IMG/VR virus record: IMGVR_UViG_3300038345_000144
Origin: a virus
Lineage: Duplodnaviria; Caudoviricetes
Direction: 5' to 3' (one strand)
Length of the DNA stretch: 64,000 nucleotides
Numbering within the stretch: position 1 is the stretch's first letter; every line of letters begins with the position of its first letter. The notes under the pieces are model-generated. The model saw only the letters and a list, made by a program, of their open reading frames with translations, did no database searches and was not told the DNA's origin. A program made the translations under genes and the position numbers. Below are positions 27,834 through 37,933 of the stretch, one piece after another.

Positions 27834-30401
27834 TTAAATACCTGAAATCTGTCCGATATGACGAACTCTGTGCTGAACTTCGTCAACCTTACCAGCGTTG
27901 AATGTAGTAAGGTAGTCATTTGTTAAATATCCTGTAACTCTACGGAGACGGCAAATCTCGTCTGAACCGCAAGCAGGACACTTATCGTTGATTTCACCAA
28001 TCCAACCGCACTCCTGACAAGTATCGTTAGGAAGATTGAGTCCAAGATAAGGAATATCGTGTTCCATAGCGTAAACTACAAACTCTTCCAAAGCGTCAAT
28101 GTTATGACTTGCTGTGCTATCCATTTCAACATAGGTAATACAGCCTGCATTTGAATATCCTGTCAACTGGCTTTCAAGGTCAATCTTCTCGAAAGGTGTA
28201 ATGTCCTTCCATACAGGAATGTGAATAGAGTTGGTAAAGAACTTCTTATCGGAAACATTAGGAATTTCACCATACTTCTTCTTGAACTTTTCGCAAGCAG
28301 TGTGGCAAAGCGACTCTGCTGGTGTGAAATAGTTACCAAAGTTGAGGTGAATTTTGTGTACGGAGCCGTCCTTGAGAGTAATCTCGTACTCTTCAGCCTT
28401 GAACTCTGCACAACGCTTGTTAAGGTGCTCTTCAATCTTTTTAGCGAGTTCCATACCCTTTTCGGAGGTCTGGTCATCACCAATGAGGATTTGCAAGCAC
28501 TCTGCCATACCCAAGTGACCGATAACAGTTGTTCCGTGCTTCAATGCAGAAATAATGCCCTCTTCAGGGATATATCCCTTCATTGTGTTATTGATATACA
28601 TAAAAGGTGCTGATGCAGGCGACTGACTTGCGATGTGAGTAAATCTCTCAATTAACTGGTCTCTTGCCTCAAATATCTTCTTATCAAGACGAGCCATAAA
28701 GTCATCGAAGTTCTTTTCGCCCAACTGTCCTTTGGACTGCATAGCAATAGTAGGAAGAATGATTGTGTTAGGGCAGATGTTACCTCTACCGTCCTTCTGG
28801 TTGCCTGAATAGAAGTAGTTTTCAGGAGCCTTGCCTGTCTTAAAGATTGTCTTTAAGATATAGCCAAAGTCAAAGTTAGCGTCCCAACCGTTGTATGTTC
28901 TACAACCCATTGTAGACATAATCTCGACAGGGATAATAACCTTCTCGTTAATAACAACCTTGTCACCCTTAACTTCCATTCTGTATTTAAGGGCTTCTTC
29001 CTTATTTTCTGATACCCACTTAACCAGTTTTTCCATATTTTCAGGGGAAAGTTTCTCCAATGCCTGCTTCTTGGTATCAATATCCTTCTGTCTGAACTTG
29101 AGGTCAACTGACCAGTCAACATTCGCATAGTTAGGATAGAGCCTCTTTGCAGTACACATAAGAGACTTTCTAAACAAATCATAGTTAGGAGTACCCTTAT
29201 ATCCGTTAATCTCTTTGCTGAACTGGAAGATACAGCAAGGGAAAATAGGTGTCTTGTGTAACGGACCTGTTCCGTCTAATTCTGCGTCAAGAATAGCGTT
29301 AGTTACCATTCTACCCTCAACTAAAGTACAAGTACCATAGTTGATAGAACTGAAAGGCAACTGTGAGCCACTTCTGGACTGCAAGGAGTTGAGATTGTGG
29401 ATAAGTCCCTCTGCACCCTGATGAGCCTCTCTCAAGGTCATATCAAGAGCATACTCATAACAAGGGTCATTTACATAGTTCTCAATAGAAGTACCTACAA
29501 TATTTGAAGGTAACTTAAATCTCTTAAATGCGTTCTTTTCTTTCTCAATCAACTCTGTTAAACGCTTGATGAAGTCTTCATCACAACCGTCAGCCTTTGC
29601 TCTCTCAATCAAGTTATTCGAAAATTTCGAAATAGTCTGGGCGTGGTATTTATGGGCAAATCTCAAATGTCGGAAGAATGAATATCTGACATAAGGAACC
29701 AATGTCCAGTCAATATGGGTTGCGGCGACACCACCAAACTGCATAAGGGACTGTATCTGCATAATTACAGCAATCAACTGGAACGCTGTATTGAGTGAGT
29801 GAGCCTCTCTGATGTCAGTCTGACGGGTCTTAATGCCCTGCTTCAAAGTATCATCAAACGGAATTGACAAGCAGTTATGTGAACCACCTGCATAGTTATC
29901 CAAATCGTGAATATATATGATGTTGTTGTTATGGTTGTCTCTGGCAATCTTTGTCATCATATTAAGGGCTTCGTCCTTGTAGATGACCCTTGCCGCCTCG
30001 AACATTCTACCGCTAAAAGAACCCTCGTCCATATTAGCATTAGCGTTCTCGATGTTTGTACCATACAACTTCTTGCGGAAAGCCTTAATCAACTCGGAGT
30101 TACGGGTAATTCTGGCTTCCTTCTCAAAATGATAGGTAATATAAGCATAAGCAGTATCTTTATACTGTGTGTCCATCAACTTATTCTCGACCATTGTGGA
30201 AATGTCTTGAATAGTAACTATCTTTGTATCTTTAGCCAACAGTTCGTCTTCAACTGCCTGTGCAATTTTCTTTATCTTTGTTTCAGGAATATCCTCTGCG
30301 GAACCCCTGCTTCGTGCCTCTTCAGCCGACTTCTGAATGGCAACCTCAATCTTTGTTTTATCAAAATCCTGTAATTTGTTGTTATACTTTCTTACCTTCA
30401 T
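27834..30401 (-). CDS. nrdD: class III anaerobic ribonucleoside-triphosphate reductase with ATP-cone
   Basis: ENANAN, IYIHDLD, HNCLSI, SMGCRT-like TMGCRT, TPAESL, CQECG..CPACG and RVTGYL glycyl-radical motif. Confidence 0.97.
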   Translation of the reverse strand: MKVRKYNNKLQDFDKTKIEVAIQKSAEEARSRGSAEDIPETKIKKIAQAVEDELLAKDTKIVTIQDISTMVENKLMDTQYKDTAYAYITYHFEKEARITRNSELIKAFRKKLYGTNIENANANMDEGSFSGRMFEAARVIYKDEALNMMTKIARDNHNNNIIYIHDLDNYAGGSHNCLSIPFDDTLKQGIKTRQTDIREAHSLNTAFQLIAVIMQIQSLMQFGGVAATHIDWTLVPYVRYSFFRHLRFAHKYHAQTISKFSNNLIERAKADGCDEDFIKRLTELIEKEKNAFKRFKLPSNIVGTSIENYVNDPCYEYALDMTLREAHQGAEGLIHNLNSLQSRSGSQLPFSSINYGTCTLVEGRMVTNAILDAELDGTGPLHKTPIFPCCIFQFSKEINGYKGTPNYDLFRKSLMCTAKRLYPNYANVDWSVDLKFRQKDIDTKKQALEKLSPENMEKLVKWVSENKEEALKYRMEVKGDKVVINEKVIIPVEIMSTMGCRTYNGWDANFDFGYILKTIFKTGKAPENYFYSGNQKDGRGNICPNTIILPTIAMQSKGQLGEKNFDDFMARLDKKIFEARDQLIERFTHIASQSPASAPFMYINNTMKGYIPEEGIISALKHGTTVIGHLGMAECLQILIGDDQTSEKGMELAKKIEEHLNKRCAEFKAEEYEITLKDGSVHKIHLNFGNYFTPAESLCHTACEKFKKKYGEIPNVSDKKFFTNSIHIPVWKDITPFEKIDLESQLTGYSNAGCITYVEMDSTASHNIDALEEFVVYAMEHDIPYLGLNLPNDTCQECGWIGEINDKCPACGSDEICRLRRVTGYLTNDYLTTFNAGKVDEVQHRVRHIGQISGI

Positions 30402-30975
30402 CGTTTGACCTCTTTGCTTTCTTTTGTATTTTCTCCCAATCCTTACGCAGTATCTCCATCTGCATAAGGTCTCTATAACTACCTTCGAAGTAACTGCACT
30501 GATGCTTTACTCCGCATTTTTTGAACCCGCATTTGGTATAGCATTTAATTGCTCGCTCGTTGTCGGTAAATACGCTCAACTCAACTCTATGTGTATTGAG
30601 TTCCTCAAAACAGAACTTAAGCAATAAATTTATGGCTTCTGTACCATAACCCTTGCCGTGTTCCTCTCCTAAATAAATCCCTAAAGAACCATTACGAGCA
30701 TTACCCCAAACTCCACAGGTACAAGTGCCAATAGCCTTCCGAGCCGTCTTTTCTACAATAGTGAAAGCAAAACTGTTATTATCCTTATTAGTGCTTTCTG
30801 CCCACTCTCTTGTACTCTCAATCGACTGTACTTGGTCATTAGCGTGTACCCATTTGTTTATTTCTGGGTTAGCATACCATTTTGCGTATTGTTCAAGGCT
30901 ATCGGGGTCGGTAGCCAATACGCACAAATCTACCTTTGCCCCCGACAACCGTGGAATATAACTTCCAATTTTCAT
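30382..30975 (-). CDS. GNAT acetyltransferase (RimJ/RimL type)
   Basis: GKGYGTEA...CFEELNTHRVEL.V...NERAIKCYTKCGF. Confidence 0.92.
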   Translation of the reverse strand: MKIGSYIPRLSGAKVDLCVLATDPDSLEQYAKWYANPEINKWVHANDQVQSIESTREWAESTNKDNNSFAFTIVEKTARKAIGTCTCGVWGNARNGSLGIYLGEEHGKGYGTEAINLLLKFCFEELNTHRVELSVFTDNERAIKCYTKCGFKKCGVKHQCSYFEGSYRDLMQMEILRKDWEKIQKKAKRSNDEGKKV

Positions 30976-30997
30976 TTAATTTACCTCCTTATTACCA

Positions 30998-32650
30998 TTA
31001 AATATAGTCTTCCCAATTATCAATCGGTCTGCTTAAATCCAAATCATCAGGAATTTTCTTCTTGCCGTCTTCATCATAATCATCATAAGTAGGTGATGTG
31101 ATTTCGTCTTCAATCGGCTTGTAGTTTTCCTCGTCATCATCATCTGGCTTGGAGAACAATCCTACCAATTTAGAAGTATCTATACCTTTTCCGTTAGTTT
31201 TCTTCAACACCTGCGAATAAGGTATCATACGGTAAACTTCCTGATTACCCTTCTTTGAGAAGATAGGGTATTTTGAAATGAACAAAGCAGTAGGCTTCTT
31301 ACCCTTGTAAGGCTTTCTCAAACTCATAATATCGAATGACTTATCGAATTTCTGAACGCCTGCGAGCAATTCTGCCGTAGTTTGTGTGGCTCCTGCGTGG
31401 ATGATATAGTTATTGATAGTACCAAGAATGGCATTAACAAAATACTCACCACTGTTCATAGCGATTTGGTTGACATCAAGGATAGAGAATATAGTCTGAA
31501 CACCACCAGAACGACCCTTTTCAAGCAAGTCTTTAATAAGAGTAGAACTGTCCAAAGTACCGAACTCGTCTACACAAAGTAAGAGTTTGTCTGGATAATG
31601 TCTTCTTGTACCTCTGTCCATAAGGTCAGTAAATACGAATGAACTTAAATTATTAGCCAACTGCTTATTTGCACTGGTAAATGAGAAGCAGATAACATAA
31701 GGTTCATCACGCTCAAAAGTGAAGTCGGGGTCATCACCAAAGAGGTCTTTAGCCCTTGAAGTAAGGAGAATTTCCAAAGACTTCTTTAAGTTGTTGAAAC
31801 CATCACGCTCATTCATTTCTGGGTGATAATTCTCTGCAAAGGCATACAAACCAACGATGTAGTTACATACCTCTGAATTATCTTCTCTATATTTGTCATA
31901 GGCTCTAACAAGGTTCTGAATAGCCAACTGCATAGATGTCTTATAGTGTTCATCTGCACCGTCAGTTGACCATCTTCTTGTGTTCATAAGAGCCTCAACC
32001 TTACCTGTTTCATTAAGGTTAGTGAACGGGTCATACTTGAAAGTACAAGCCCTTGCTGAAAATTCGTAGTAAGGCAACCCTGCTTGATTTGCATAGGACT
32101 TCAAATCGTCAAGAATATCATCCTCACCTTTATAGTCTACGAATACAACAGGTCTTTTCTCGTCAATTCTCTGCTTAATAACGGCTTTCATTGTGGTTGA
32201 CTTACCTGAACCAGTAGAACCAGTAATCAGGGTTGCACCACTCAAAATGACATCATCAAGGTCAAGACAACGCATATTGTACTTTAACTCGTTATGATTG
32301 ACGGGTAAAATCCTACCCATACAGATATTTTTAGGCTTAATTAAGAACTTATTGACAGGAGCGAGAAGACTGAATATTCTATCGGAATAGTCCAAATCAG
32401 CCCCCTCGCCTTGATGAATTTTTACCTTAATAAAGCATAGGAAAGCAAATAAAGCGACACAAGCCACTCCAATGATAATTTTGTACTTGGTTTCAGGGGC
32501 AAATTTAGAAACTGCCCAAAAAGCACCTAAACTTATCACCACTTGGTCCAAGAAAACTACGGGCATAGTTTTCTTCTTAATCAAAATCAAGTTCTCAAAA
32601 GCAACCAAGATAGGTAAGATTAGGCATATTAAGAAAATCTTACCTGCCAT
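30998..32650 (-). CDS. VirD4/TraG-like type IV coupling ATPase
   Basis: N-terminal TMs; LITGSTGSGKST, VFVDYKG, YDPF, Walker B LLCVDEFG, KGRSGG. Confidence 0.85.
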   Translation of the reverse strand: MAGKIFLICLILPILVAFENLILIKKKTMPVVFLDQVVISLGAFWAVSKFAPETKYKIIIGVACVALFAFLCFIKVKIHQGEGADLDYSDRIFSLLAPVNKFLIKPKNICMGRILPVNHNELKYNMRCLDLDDVILSGATLITGSTGSGKSTTMKAVIKQRIDEKRPVVFVDYKGEDDILDDLKSYANQAGLPYYEFSARACTFKYDPFTNLNETGKVEALMNTRRWSTDGADEHYKTSMQLAIQNLVRAYDKYREDNSEVCNYIVGLYAFAENYHPEMNERDGFNNLKKSLEILLTSRAKDLFGDDPDFTFERDEPYVICFSFTSANKQLANNLSSFVFTDLMDRGTRRHYPDKLLLCVDEFGTLDSSTLIKDLLEKGRSGGVQTIFSILDVNQIAMNSGEYFVNAILGTINNYIIHAGATQTTAELLAGVQKFDKSFDIMSLRKPYKGKKPTALFISKYPIFSKKGNQEVYRMIPYSQVLKKTNGKGIDTSKLVGLFSKPDDDDEENYKPIEDEITSPTYDDYDEDGKKKIPDDLDLSRPIDNWEDYI

Positions 32651-32657
32651 AGTCTAT

Positions 32658-33071
32658 TTAGTCCTTTCCTGCGTCATCCTCTGTCGCTGTGTCTGTGTTT
32701 GTATCGGCAACTGTTGTAGAGGCAGTATCACCACCGCCATTATCGGAGGAGGTATCACCATCGGAGCCACCGCTACCAGGCTTGTAATAAATACCGTCAT
32801 CATTAACAACAATATCATCAGGGTTGAACCAAGAGTCCACGGTATCACCAATTCGTCTGCCGAATTCCATAAACCATTCAACAGCCTTTCTCTGATTGAT
32901 ACCACCCATAAGTACAAACAAGAGGACACCAACGGCTAAAAGAATTCCAATGGCTTTCCACAAGTCGTTATAGGTCTCCCTACCTTGAGCCATTTCATTT
33001 CTGTGCTTGACCGACTGCCACGCTTTAGGTAACTTTATCTCGGTCTTTTCCTTTTTCTTCTTCTCTGCCAT
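32658..33071 (-). CDS. single-pass membrane protein
   Basis: TM segment and acidic tail. Confidence 0.75.
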   Translation of the reverse strand: MAEKKKKEKTEIKLPKAWQSVKHRNEMAQGRETYNDLWKAIGILLAVGVLLFVLMGGINQRKAVEWFMEFGRRIGDTVDSWFNPDDIVVNDDGIYYKPGSGGSDGDTSSDNGGGDTASTTVADTNTDTATEDDAGKD

Positions 33072-33086
33072 TACCTTTCTCCTTTC

Positions 33087-33527
33087 TTAACAAACTTCCG
33101 TTATTATCTGGTCTGTGGTAAATGTACCAAAGTATCTGGAGTCTTTAGAGTCCTGTCTGTTATCTCCCATAACGAAGTATTCATTCGGACCTAAAGTTAC
33201 TTCAAAATCTTCGGTAGTAGTGTTATAAGGGTCAATAACCTCTTCCCCATTGATATATAAGACATTATTCTCATACTTAATGGTCTCATTAGGCATACCA
33301 ATCACCCTTTTTACGATGATTTCACCCTTACTAATCGTTACCACATCAAATCGTTCAATCGTGTAATTTCGGGCGGTCAATAAGAACTGCCCGTCGTGAT
33401 ATGTCGGGTACATTGAGTCCCCAATCACGAACGCAATTGAGAAAAATAGGTTGAATATAAACATAGCCACAAATAATGCACCTACTATACAACCTATAAT
33501 CAATTTCTTTTTCTTTTGTTTATTCAT
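33087..33527 (-). CDS. lepB: signal peptidase I
   Basis: GDSMYPT, IVKRVIG, MGDNR..S.DSR.FG. Confidence 0.95.
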   Translation of the reverse strand: MNKQKKKKLIIGCIVGALFVAMFIFNLFFSIAFVIGDSMYPTYHDGQFLLTARNYTIERFDVVTISKGEIIVKRVIGMPNETIKYENNVLYINGEEVIDPYNTTTEDFEVTLGPNEYFVMGDNRQDSKDSRYFGTFTTDQIITEVC

Positions 33528-33538
33528 ATAAGTTCCCT

Positions 33539-34621
33539 TTATGTAGGCTTGGTCGCCTGTGTTGTTAATTTAATCATTGTTTTCTGTGTCTGTTCATCCT
33601 GAATATTGTAGTTACTCAACCTCTGGGCTGGGGCTACATAAGGCACGATAAACAAACGACAACTGCCTAATCCACCAATGTTCTTATAGGCAGATGTTAC
33701 CAAATCGGCAATACGGCTGTTACCACAAAGATAGAATAACTTACCAAAGACAATGTTATTCTTATAATTTCGCATTATCTGGTCGTACTTCTCTGGGTTT
33801 TTAGCCGTCAACTCCAATTCAATAGAGCAACTCTGGGCTTGTCCGTTAACCCTCGGAATAGGGATAACAACATCGGGTTTCTGCGTACTCATCTTGTTGT
33901 CCTCTGTATAGCCAACCAGCGTAAAGTACGGGAAGTTGCCCTTCTCGTCAGCCTGAAACTCTATTGTATATGGGTTATTAGGATTTTCCCTTACGGACCT
34001 GATTAACAAGTCCTGTTTTTCTTCCAGTTCCTTCTGCTTGAAGTGATTTACCTTAAAATGTTCCTCACGAATGACAATAGTACCCTTATCTTCGGGTACT
34101 TGCAATTTGAGAGGGTGATAGCAAGGCAACAGTTTGCTCTGACTGATGTTGTACCATAGTTCTGACTTGGGGTTTCCCATCATAACATCAAAGACAATCT
34201 GCTCTTCCGCACAAGTATGGTTTAACAGACCAAAAGGAATATCTACATAATCCTTGTTATCTACGGTCATAAGGTCAAGCAAAAACTTTGTAGGACGGAT
34301 AAACACGCCCATTGAGGACGCTTCAGCCCAACAAATACCTGTCTTTATCCAATTCTGAACCACATCATATCCATTTCGTCCAAAATCTTCATACCACTGT
34401 TGAATAAGCCAAATAGGAGCAAACTTGAAGTCGGAGATAATATAAAGCACTACCTCGTCAATCTTATATAAGTCTGCCTTATCGTCAATGGTTTTTATCT
34501 CTAAATGGTCGGTGAATTTGTTGATGTGAGGGGTTATTCTTGGATAACGATAGAAGGTGTTTTTGACTTCTTCACTGTTTTGAATAGCAAGAATATCTAA
34601 ATCACTCATTCCATTCACCAT
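33539..34621 (-). CDS. Replic_Relax / MOBC-like relaxase (PD-(D/E)xK)
   Basis: LNHT; KPD...IELELTAK..KYDQI..NY; located near the coupling ATPase. Confidence 0.65.
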   Translation of the reverse strand: MVNGMSDLDILAIQNSEEVKNTFYRYPRITPHINKFTDHLEIKTIDDKADLYKIDEVVLYIISDFKFAPIWLIQQWYEDFGRNGYDVVQNWIKTGICWAEASSMGVFIRPTKFLLDLMTVDNKDYVDIPFGLLNHTCAEEQIVFDVMMGNPKSELWYNISQSKLLPCYHPLKLQVPEDKGTIVIREEHFKVNHFKQKELEEKQDLLIRSVRENPNNPYTIEFQADEKGNFPYFTLVGYTEDNKMSTQKPDVVIPIPRVNGQAQSCSIELELTAKNPEKYDQIMRNYKNNIVFGKLFYLCGNSRIADLVTSAYKNIGGLGSCRLFIVPYVAPAQRLSNYNIQDEQTQKTMIKLTTQATKPT

Positions 34622-34630
34622 TCCCTTCGA

Positions 34631-35263
34631 TTATCTTCTTTTCTTCTTATTAGCAGGACGCTTTTTGTTACCAGACCTTCTTATAGGCGTAACCTTTGTA
34701 TTAGTCTCTTGTGCCTTTGGAGTTACCTTAACCTTTTCCAACTTGTAGGTCTCTCCGTTGATTGTCCACAAGGTACTTAACGCAAATACCACATAAGGCA
34801 ATACTGGGCAAATCGTCCAACCAACAATCCACCACGGATTTTTCTTTTCATACTTAATAAGTTGCCACATCATTATATCCCAGAGAATAATAGCCATCAA
34901 AACTACTGCAAGGAACATATAGTTCATTATCATCATCTTGGTCGCCAAATCAGCAGGGACATAGACTACCTCCGACATTGTATAGGAGCCGTCGGCAAGC
35001 ATCTTGAATTGTGGGTCATACTGTTGTGCTATGCTCAACGATAAAGAATAGTAAAACAGCATAAAAATATAGGTAAATGGTAAGAAGAAAGCATTTAAGC
35101 CTCCGTACAACTTATGCCCTGTCATCTTACCGAGAATATACTTGTTATAAATCGGAACAAATGAATACCACCATTTAATTCCACTTCTATGAAACAGCAC
35201 CGCACGGGCTATTACACAAATACATAAGAACACCAGCAGTGTTCCACCGTTAAGAATATCCAT
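34631..35263 (-). CDS. polytopic membrane protein (DUF5684-like)
   Basis: LF.RSG..WWYSFVPIYN.Y. Confidence 0.75.
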   Translation of the reverse strand: MDILNGGTLLVFLCICVIARAVLFHRSGIKWWYSFVPIYNKYILGKMTGHKLYGGLNAFFLPFTYIFMLFYYSLSLSIAQQYDPQFKMLADGSYTMSEVVYVPADLATKMMIMNYMFLAVVLMAIILWDIMMWQLIKYEKKNPWWIVGWTICPVLPYVVFALSTLWTINGETYKLEKVKVTPKAQETNTKVTPIRRSGNKKRPANKKKRR

Positions 35264-35290
35264 TTAATTAAATTCCTTTCTATATGTCGG

Positions 35291-35734
35291 TTACTCCTTG
35301 AGGATTTTGATAGCCTTCTTGTATCTATCATCAATGAGTTTTATCATCTTTTCCTGCTCTTCCTGTGGAAGCGTGAGTAATCTGGACTTGTCGCTATTAT
35401 GCTTCAAGTCTGCTAATTTAACAATCTTTGCCAAGTCATTTGCCTTGACACGCTTGATATAATCAAAATACTGCTCGTCCTTTTTACGAGTCATAGCAAC
35501 AACCGCCTCGACCTGCGTAGGAGTAAACCCTAACTTTCGGAGGTCCGATGCGTTAAAATCAGTATCTTCAATTACATCGTGAAGTAGAGCCACAACGGTT
35601 AAGTCCTCGTCGGGCATACCTTCTGCTATATGGAGAGGGTGCAGGATGTATGGAGCACCCGCCTTGTCTTTCCGACCAAAGTGGGCTGAAAACGCCACAT
35701 CCATCGCTTTAATTGTCATTTTAGTATAAATCAT
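35291..35734 (-). CDS. small HD hydrolase (RelA/SpoT hydrolase-like)
   Basis: AH...KDKAGAPYILHP...ALLHDVIEDT...VKLADLKHN. Confidence 0.9.
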   Translation of the reverse strand: MIYTKMTIKAMDVAFSAHFGRKDKAGAPYILHPLHIAEGMPDEDLTVVALLHDVIEDTDFNASDLRKLGFTPTQVEAVVAMTRKKDEQYFDYIKRVKANDLAKIVKLADLKHNSDKSRLLTLPQEEQEKMIKLIDDRYKKAIKILKE

Positions 35735-35767
35735 TAAAGTAAATTCCTTTCCAAAGGTTATTATATT

Positions 35768-35827
35768 AAAAATAATGGGATTTGTGAAGATGTTAGTTGA
35801 GAAAAACTTTCAATCAACCAAATCCCA
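35768..35827 (-). terminator. terminator-like long hairpin
   Basis: TGGGATTTG/CAAATCCCA stem then TTATTTTT on the minus strand. Confidence 0.55.
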
Positions 35828-35876
35828 GAAGGCTCATCATTTTCTTTATTTCTTCTCTATATAATTAAATAGTCTC

Positions 35877-36527
35877 TCATTTTTGGGTTGGGCGAGCCGA
35901 AATATGGTTAAATTTAGGCTTATAAGAGTCAATCATCGCTTGTTCTGCATATGTCAATAACTCTTTATATTCCCTTTCGTTCTTTAACTTGGGGACAGCC
36001 ATAAGTTTCTTGAATTTTAAGTCCGATAGTTTATAGGCATTGGCAAGTTGATAATATTTATATTCAACCTTGTGCTTTATTTTGTCAAGGTTTACCCTCT
36101 TCTTACGAATTCTGATACCCTGAAGTTGCTTTTGAGCCTTAATAAAGTTGTCCTTGTGCTGTTGGACACGGGTTGAAATATCTACGCTCTGACCTACATA
36201 AAGGCAGGTATTACCGTAGAATATGCCATAAATCCCTGAACTATGGGAAATTCGCTGTATGTATTTTCTTTGATATGCACGGGTTTTATGAGTGAGCCTA
36301 TTAAGATAAGGATAGAGGTAATGCTCCTTGTCGATAACATTACCCCTTCTATCCTTCTTATCTTTAATAACATACAAAGGCTGTTTTAACTCGGCACATT
36401 TCTGGCACTGCCTACCAATAAACCAGGTATTGCCGTGTATTTTACATTTACCCTTGTATTTAGTGTTGCGGTGTTTGTAGCAAACTACGAATTTGCCACT
36501 ATCCTTACCGCAGACCCTACATCTCAT
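35877..36527 (-). CDS. GIY-YIG endonuclease with N-terminal Cys/His cluster
   Basis: SGIYGI...LYVGQS..I..R..QH...EQ..I...KPKFN. Confidence 0.88.
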   Translation of the reverse strand: MRCRVCGKDSGKFVVCYKHRNTKYKGKCKIHGNTWFIGRQCQKCAELKQPLYVIKDKKDRRGNVIDKEHYLYPYLNRLTHKTRAYQRKYIQRISHSSGIYGIFYGNTCLYVGQSVDISTRVQQHKDNFIKAQKQLQGIRIRKKRVNLDKIKHKVEYKYYQLANAYKLSDLKFKKLMAVPKLKNEREYKELLTYAEQAMIDSYKPKFNHISARPTQK

Positions 36528-36718
36528 TCTTTGTCCATCTTTACAGCACTATTATAGACTTGTGGCAAATACTCATACATCATACCGTACTTATTTGCCA
36601 CCTGAATTCCAGTAAGGGATTTAATCTTATCTGAAAAATCGAGTAACAAATCAATATCATTAGAAATACATTTGAAGTTCTCGTCAAAGAGAACCTTTCT
36701 TTGCTCCTGTAATGTCAT
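36524..36718 (-). CDS. hypothetical protein
   Basis: AGGAGG RBS, 64 aa. Confidence 0.65.
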   Translation of the reverse strand: MTLQEQRKVLFDENFKCISNDIDLLLDFSDKIKSLTGIQVANKYGMMYEYLPQVYNSAVKMDKE

Positions 36719-36733
36719 TAAGTTACCTCCTGT

Positions 36734-37915
36734 TTATTCATCTGTAACAGTGACCGTTGCGGTCTTCGTTACACCATCATCCGACTCAAAGTAAACCTTA
36801 TAACTGCCTGCGACAGTTGTGTTTACATTAGAGCAGTCTAACCAAATTTGACCTGAACCAGAAACACCTTTCATAAGTTGTTTCATAATAGTACCCTGTG
36901 ATGTACCAACTGGTACGGAGATATTATGAACACCATTGATATATGCCTTTGGCTTCGGTTTTGGTGTAGGCGTATTAGTAGGCTTTGGTGTAGGTGTGTT
37001 AGTGTCCTTCGGCTTTGGAGTAGGCGTGTTAGTAGAGCCACCACCATTATCCTTCGGAGCCGATGTAGGCTTCGGTGTGGATGTTGCCGTATTCTTTGGC
37101 TTTGGTTTAGGTGTGGCAGTTGCCTTTGGCTTGGAAGGTGCCGTAGTAGGTTTAGGTGCGGAAGTATTCTTTGGAGCCTCGGTTGGCTTGTTCTTCGCCG
37201 CTTCCTCTTCTTGTCTCTTTCTCTCTGCCTCTTCTGCCTGTCTTCTCTGTTCTTCAGAAGCCATAACACCAACATTGAGAACTTTAACAGAAGAATTACC
37301 TACCTCATCGGTAGCCTTATATTCTACTTGTAAAGTGTCTTCAGTCCAATTAAAATTTGTAGGATATTCAACTTTTATATTCTTTTCTTGAGAATAGTTG
37401 TCCTTTATAGCCTTGATAAAGTATTTAGGGTTAAATGAGTTTGTCTCTGAACCCCTAACCAACAAGACTAAATCTTTCTTCAACTCGATTTCTGGGGGTG
37501 TATTATCTACAACCTCAACCACAAGGGTCTTATTATGAGTTCTGGCTCTATTCTTTACAACATACTTGACCTCATAGCGAGATAGTACCTTTGTCATTTT
37601 GTCAATAACCTTTCCTTCGGTAGAAGTATCTACGAGGTCAGCACCTATGACTTCATAAGGCACATTCTCTGTATTGATGACATACTGTTTTGCATCAAAA
37701 GTAGAACCAATGTCTAATTGCACTGTATCATTCACCAAAATGATATTAGGGTCGGCAATATAGTCATATATATATCCCCTGTAATAAAAGGCAACTCCTC
37801 CAGTTACCGCTAATATACTCAAAAGAGTTATCAGTAACACTTTAGCCGTCTGACTTATGTGTTTTTCACCGATTGTAATATCGGCATCGTGGGCATAATG
37901 CCATTCCATTATCAT
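36734..37915 (-). CDS. membrane-anchored Ig-like (HYR/DUF5011-type) surface protein
   Basis: TM; VVDNTPPEI..Y.ATDEVGN; Pro/Thr/Lys linker; C-terminal VNTTVAGSYKV. Confidence 0.8.
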   Translation of the reverse strand: MIMEWHYAHDADITIGEKHISQTAKVLLITLLSILAVTGGVAFYYRGYIYDYIADPNIILVNDTVQLDIGSTFDAKQYVINTENVPYEVIGADLVDTSTEGKVIDKMTKVLSRYEVKYVVKNRARTHNKTLVVEVVDNTPPEIELKKDLVLLVRGSETNSFNPKYFIKAIKDNYSQEKNIKVEYPTNFNWTEDTLQVEYKATDEVGNSSVKVLNVGVMASEEQRRQAEEAERKRQEEEAAKNKPTEAPKNTSAPKPTTAPSKPKATATPKPKPKNTATSTPKPTSAPKDNGGGSTNTPTPKPKDTNTPTPKPTNTPTPKPKPKAYINGVHNISVPVGTSQGTIMKQLMKGVSGSGQIWLDCSNVNTTVAGSYKVYFESDDGVTKTATVTVTDE

Positions 37916-37933
37916 ATTAAGTAAGTTCCCCCG

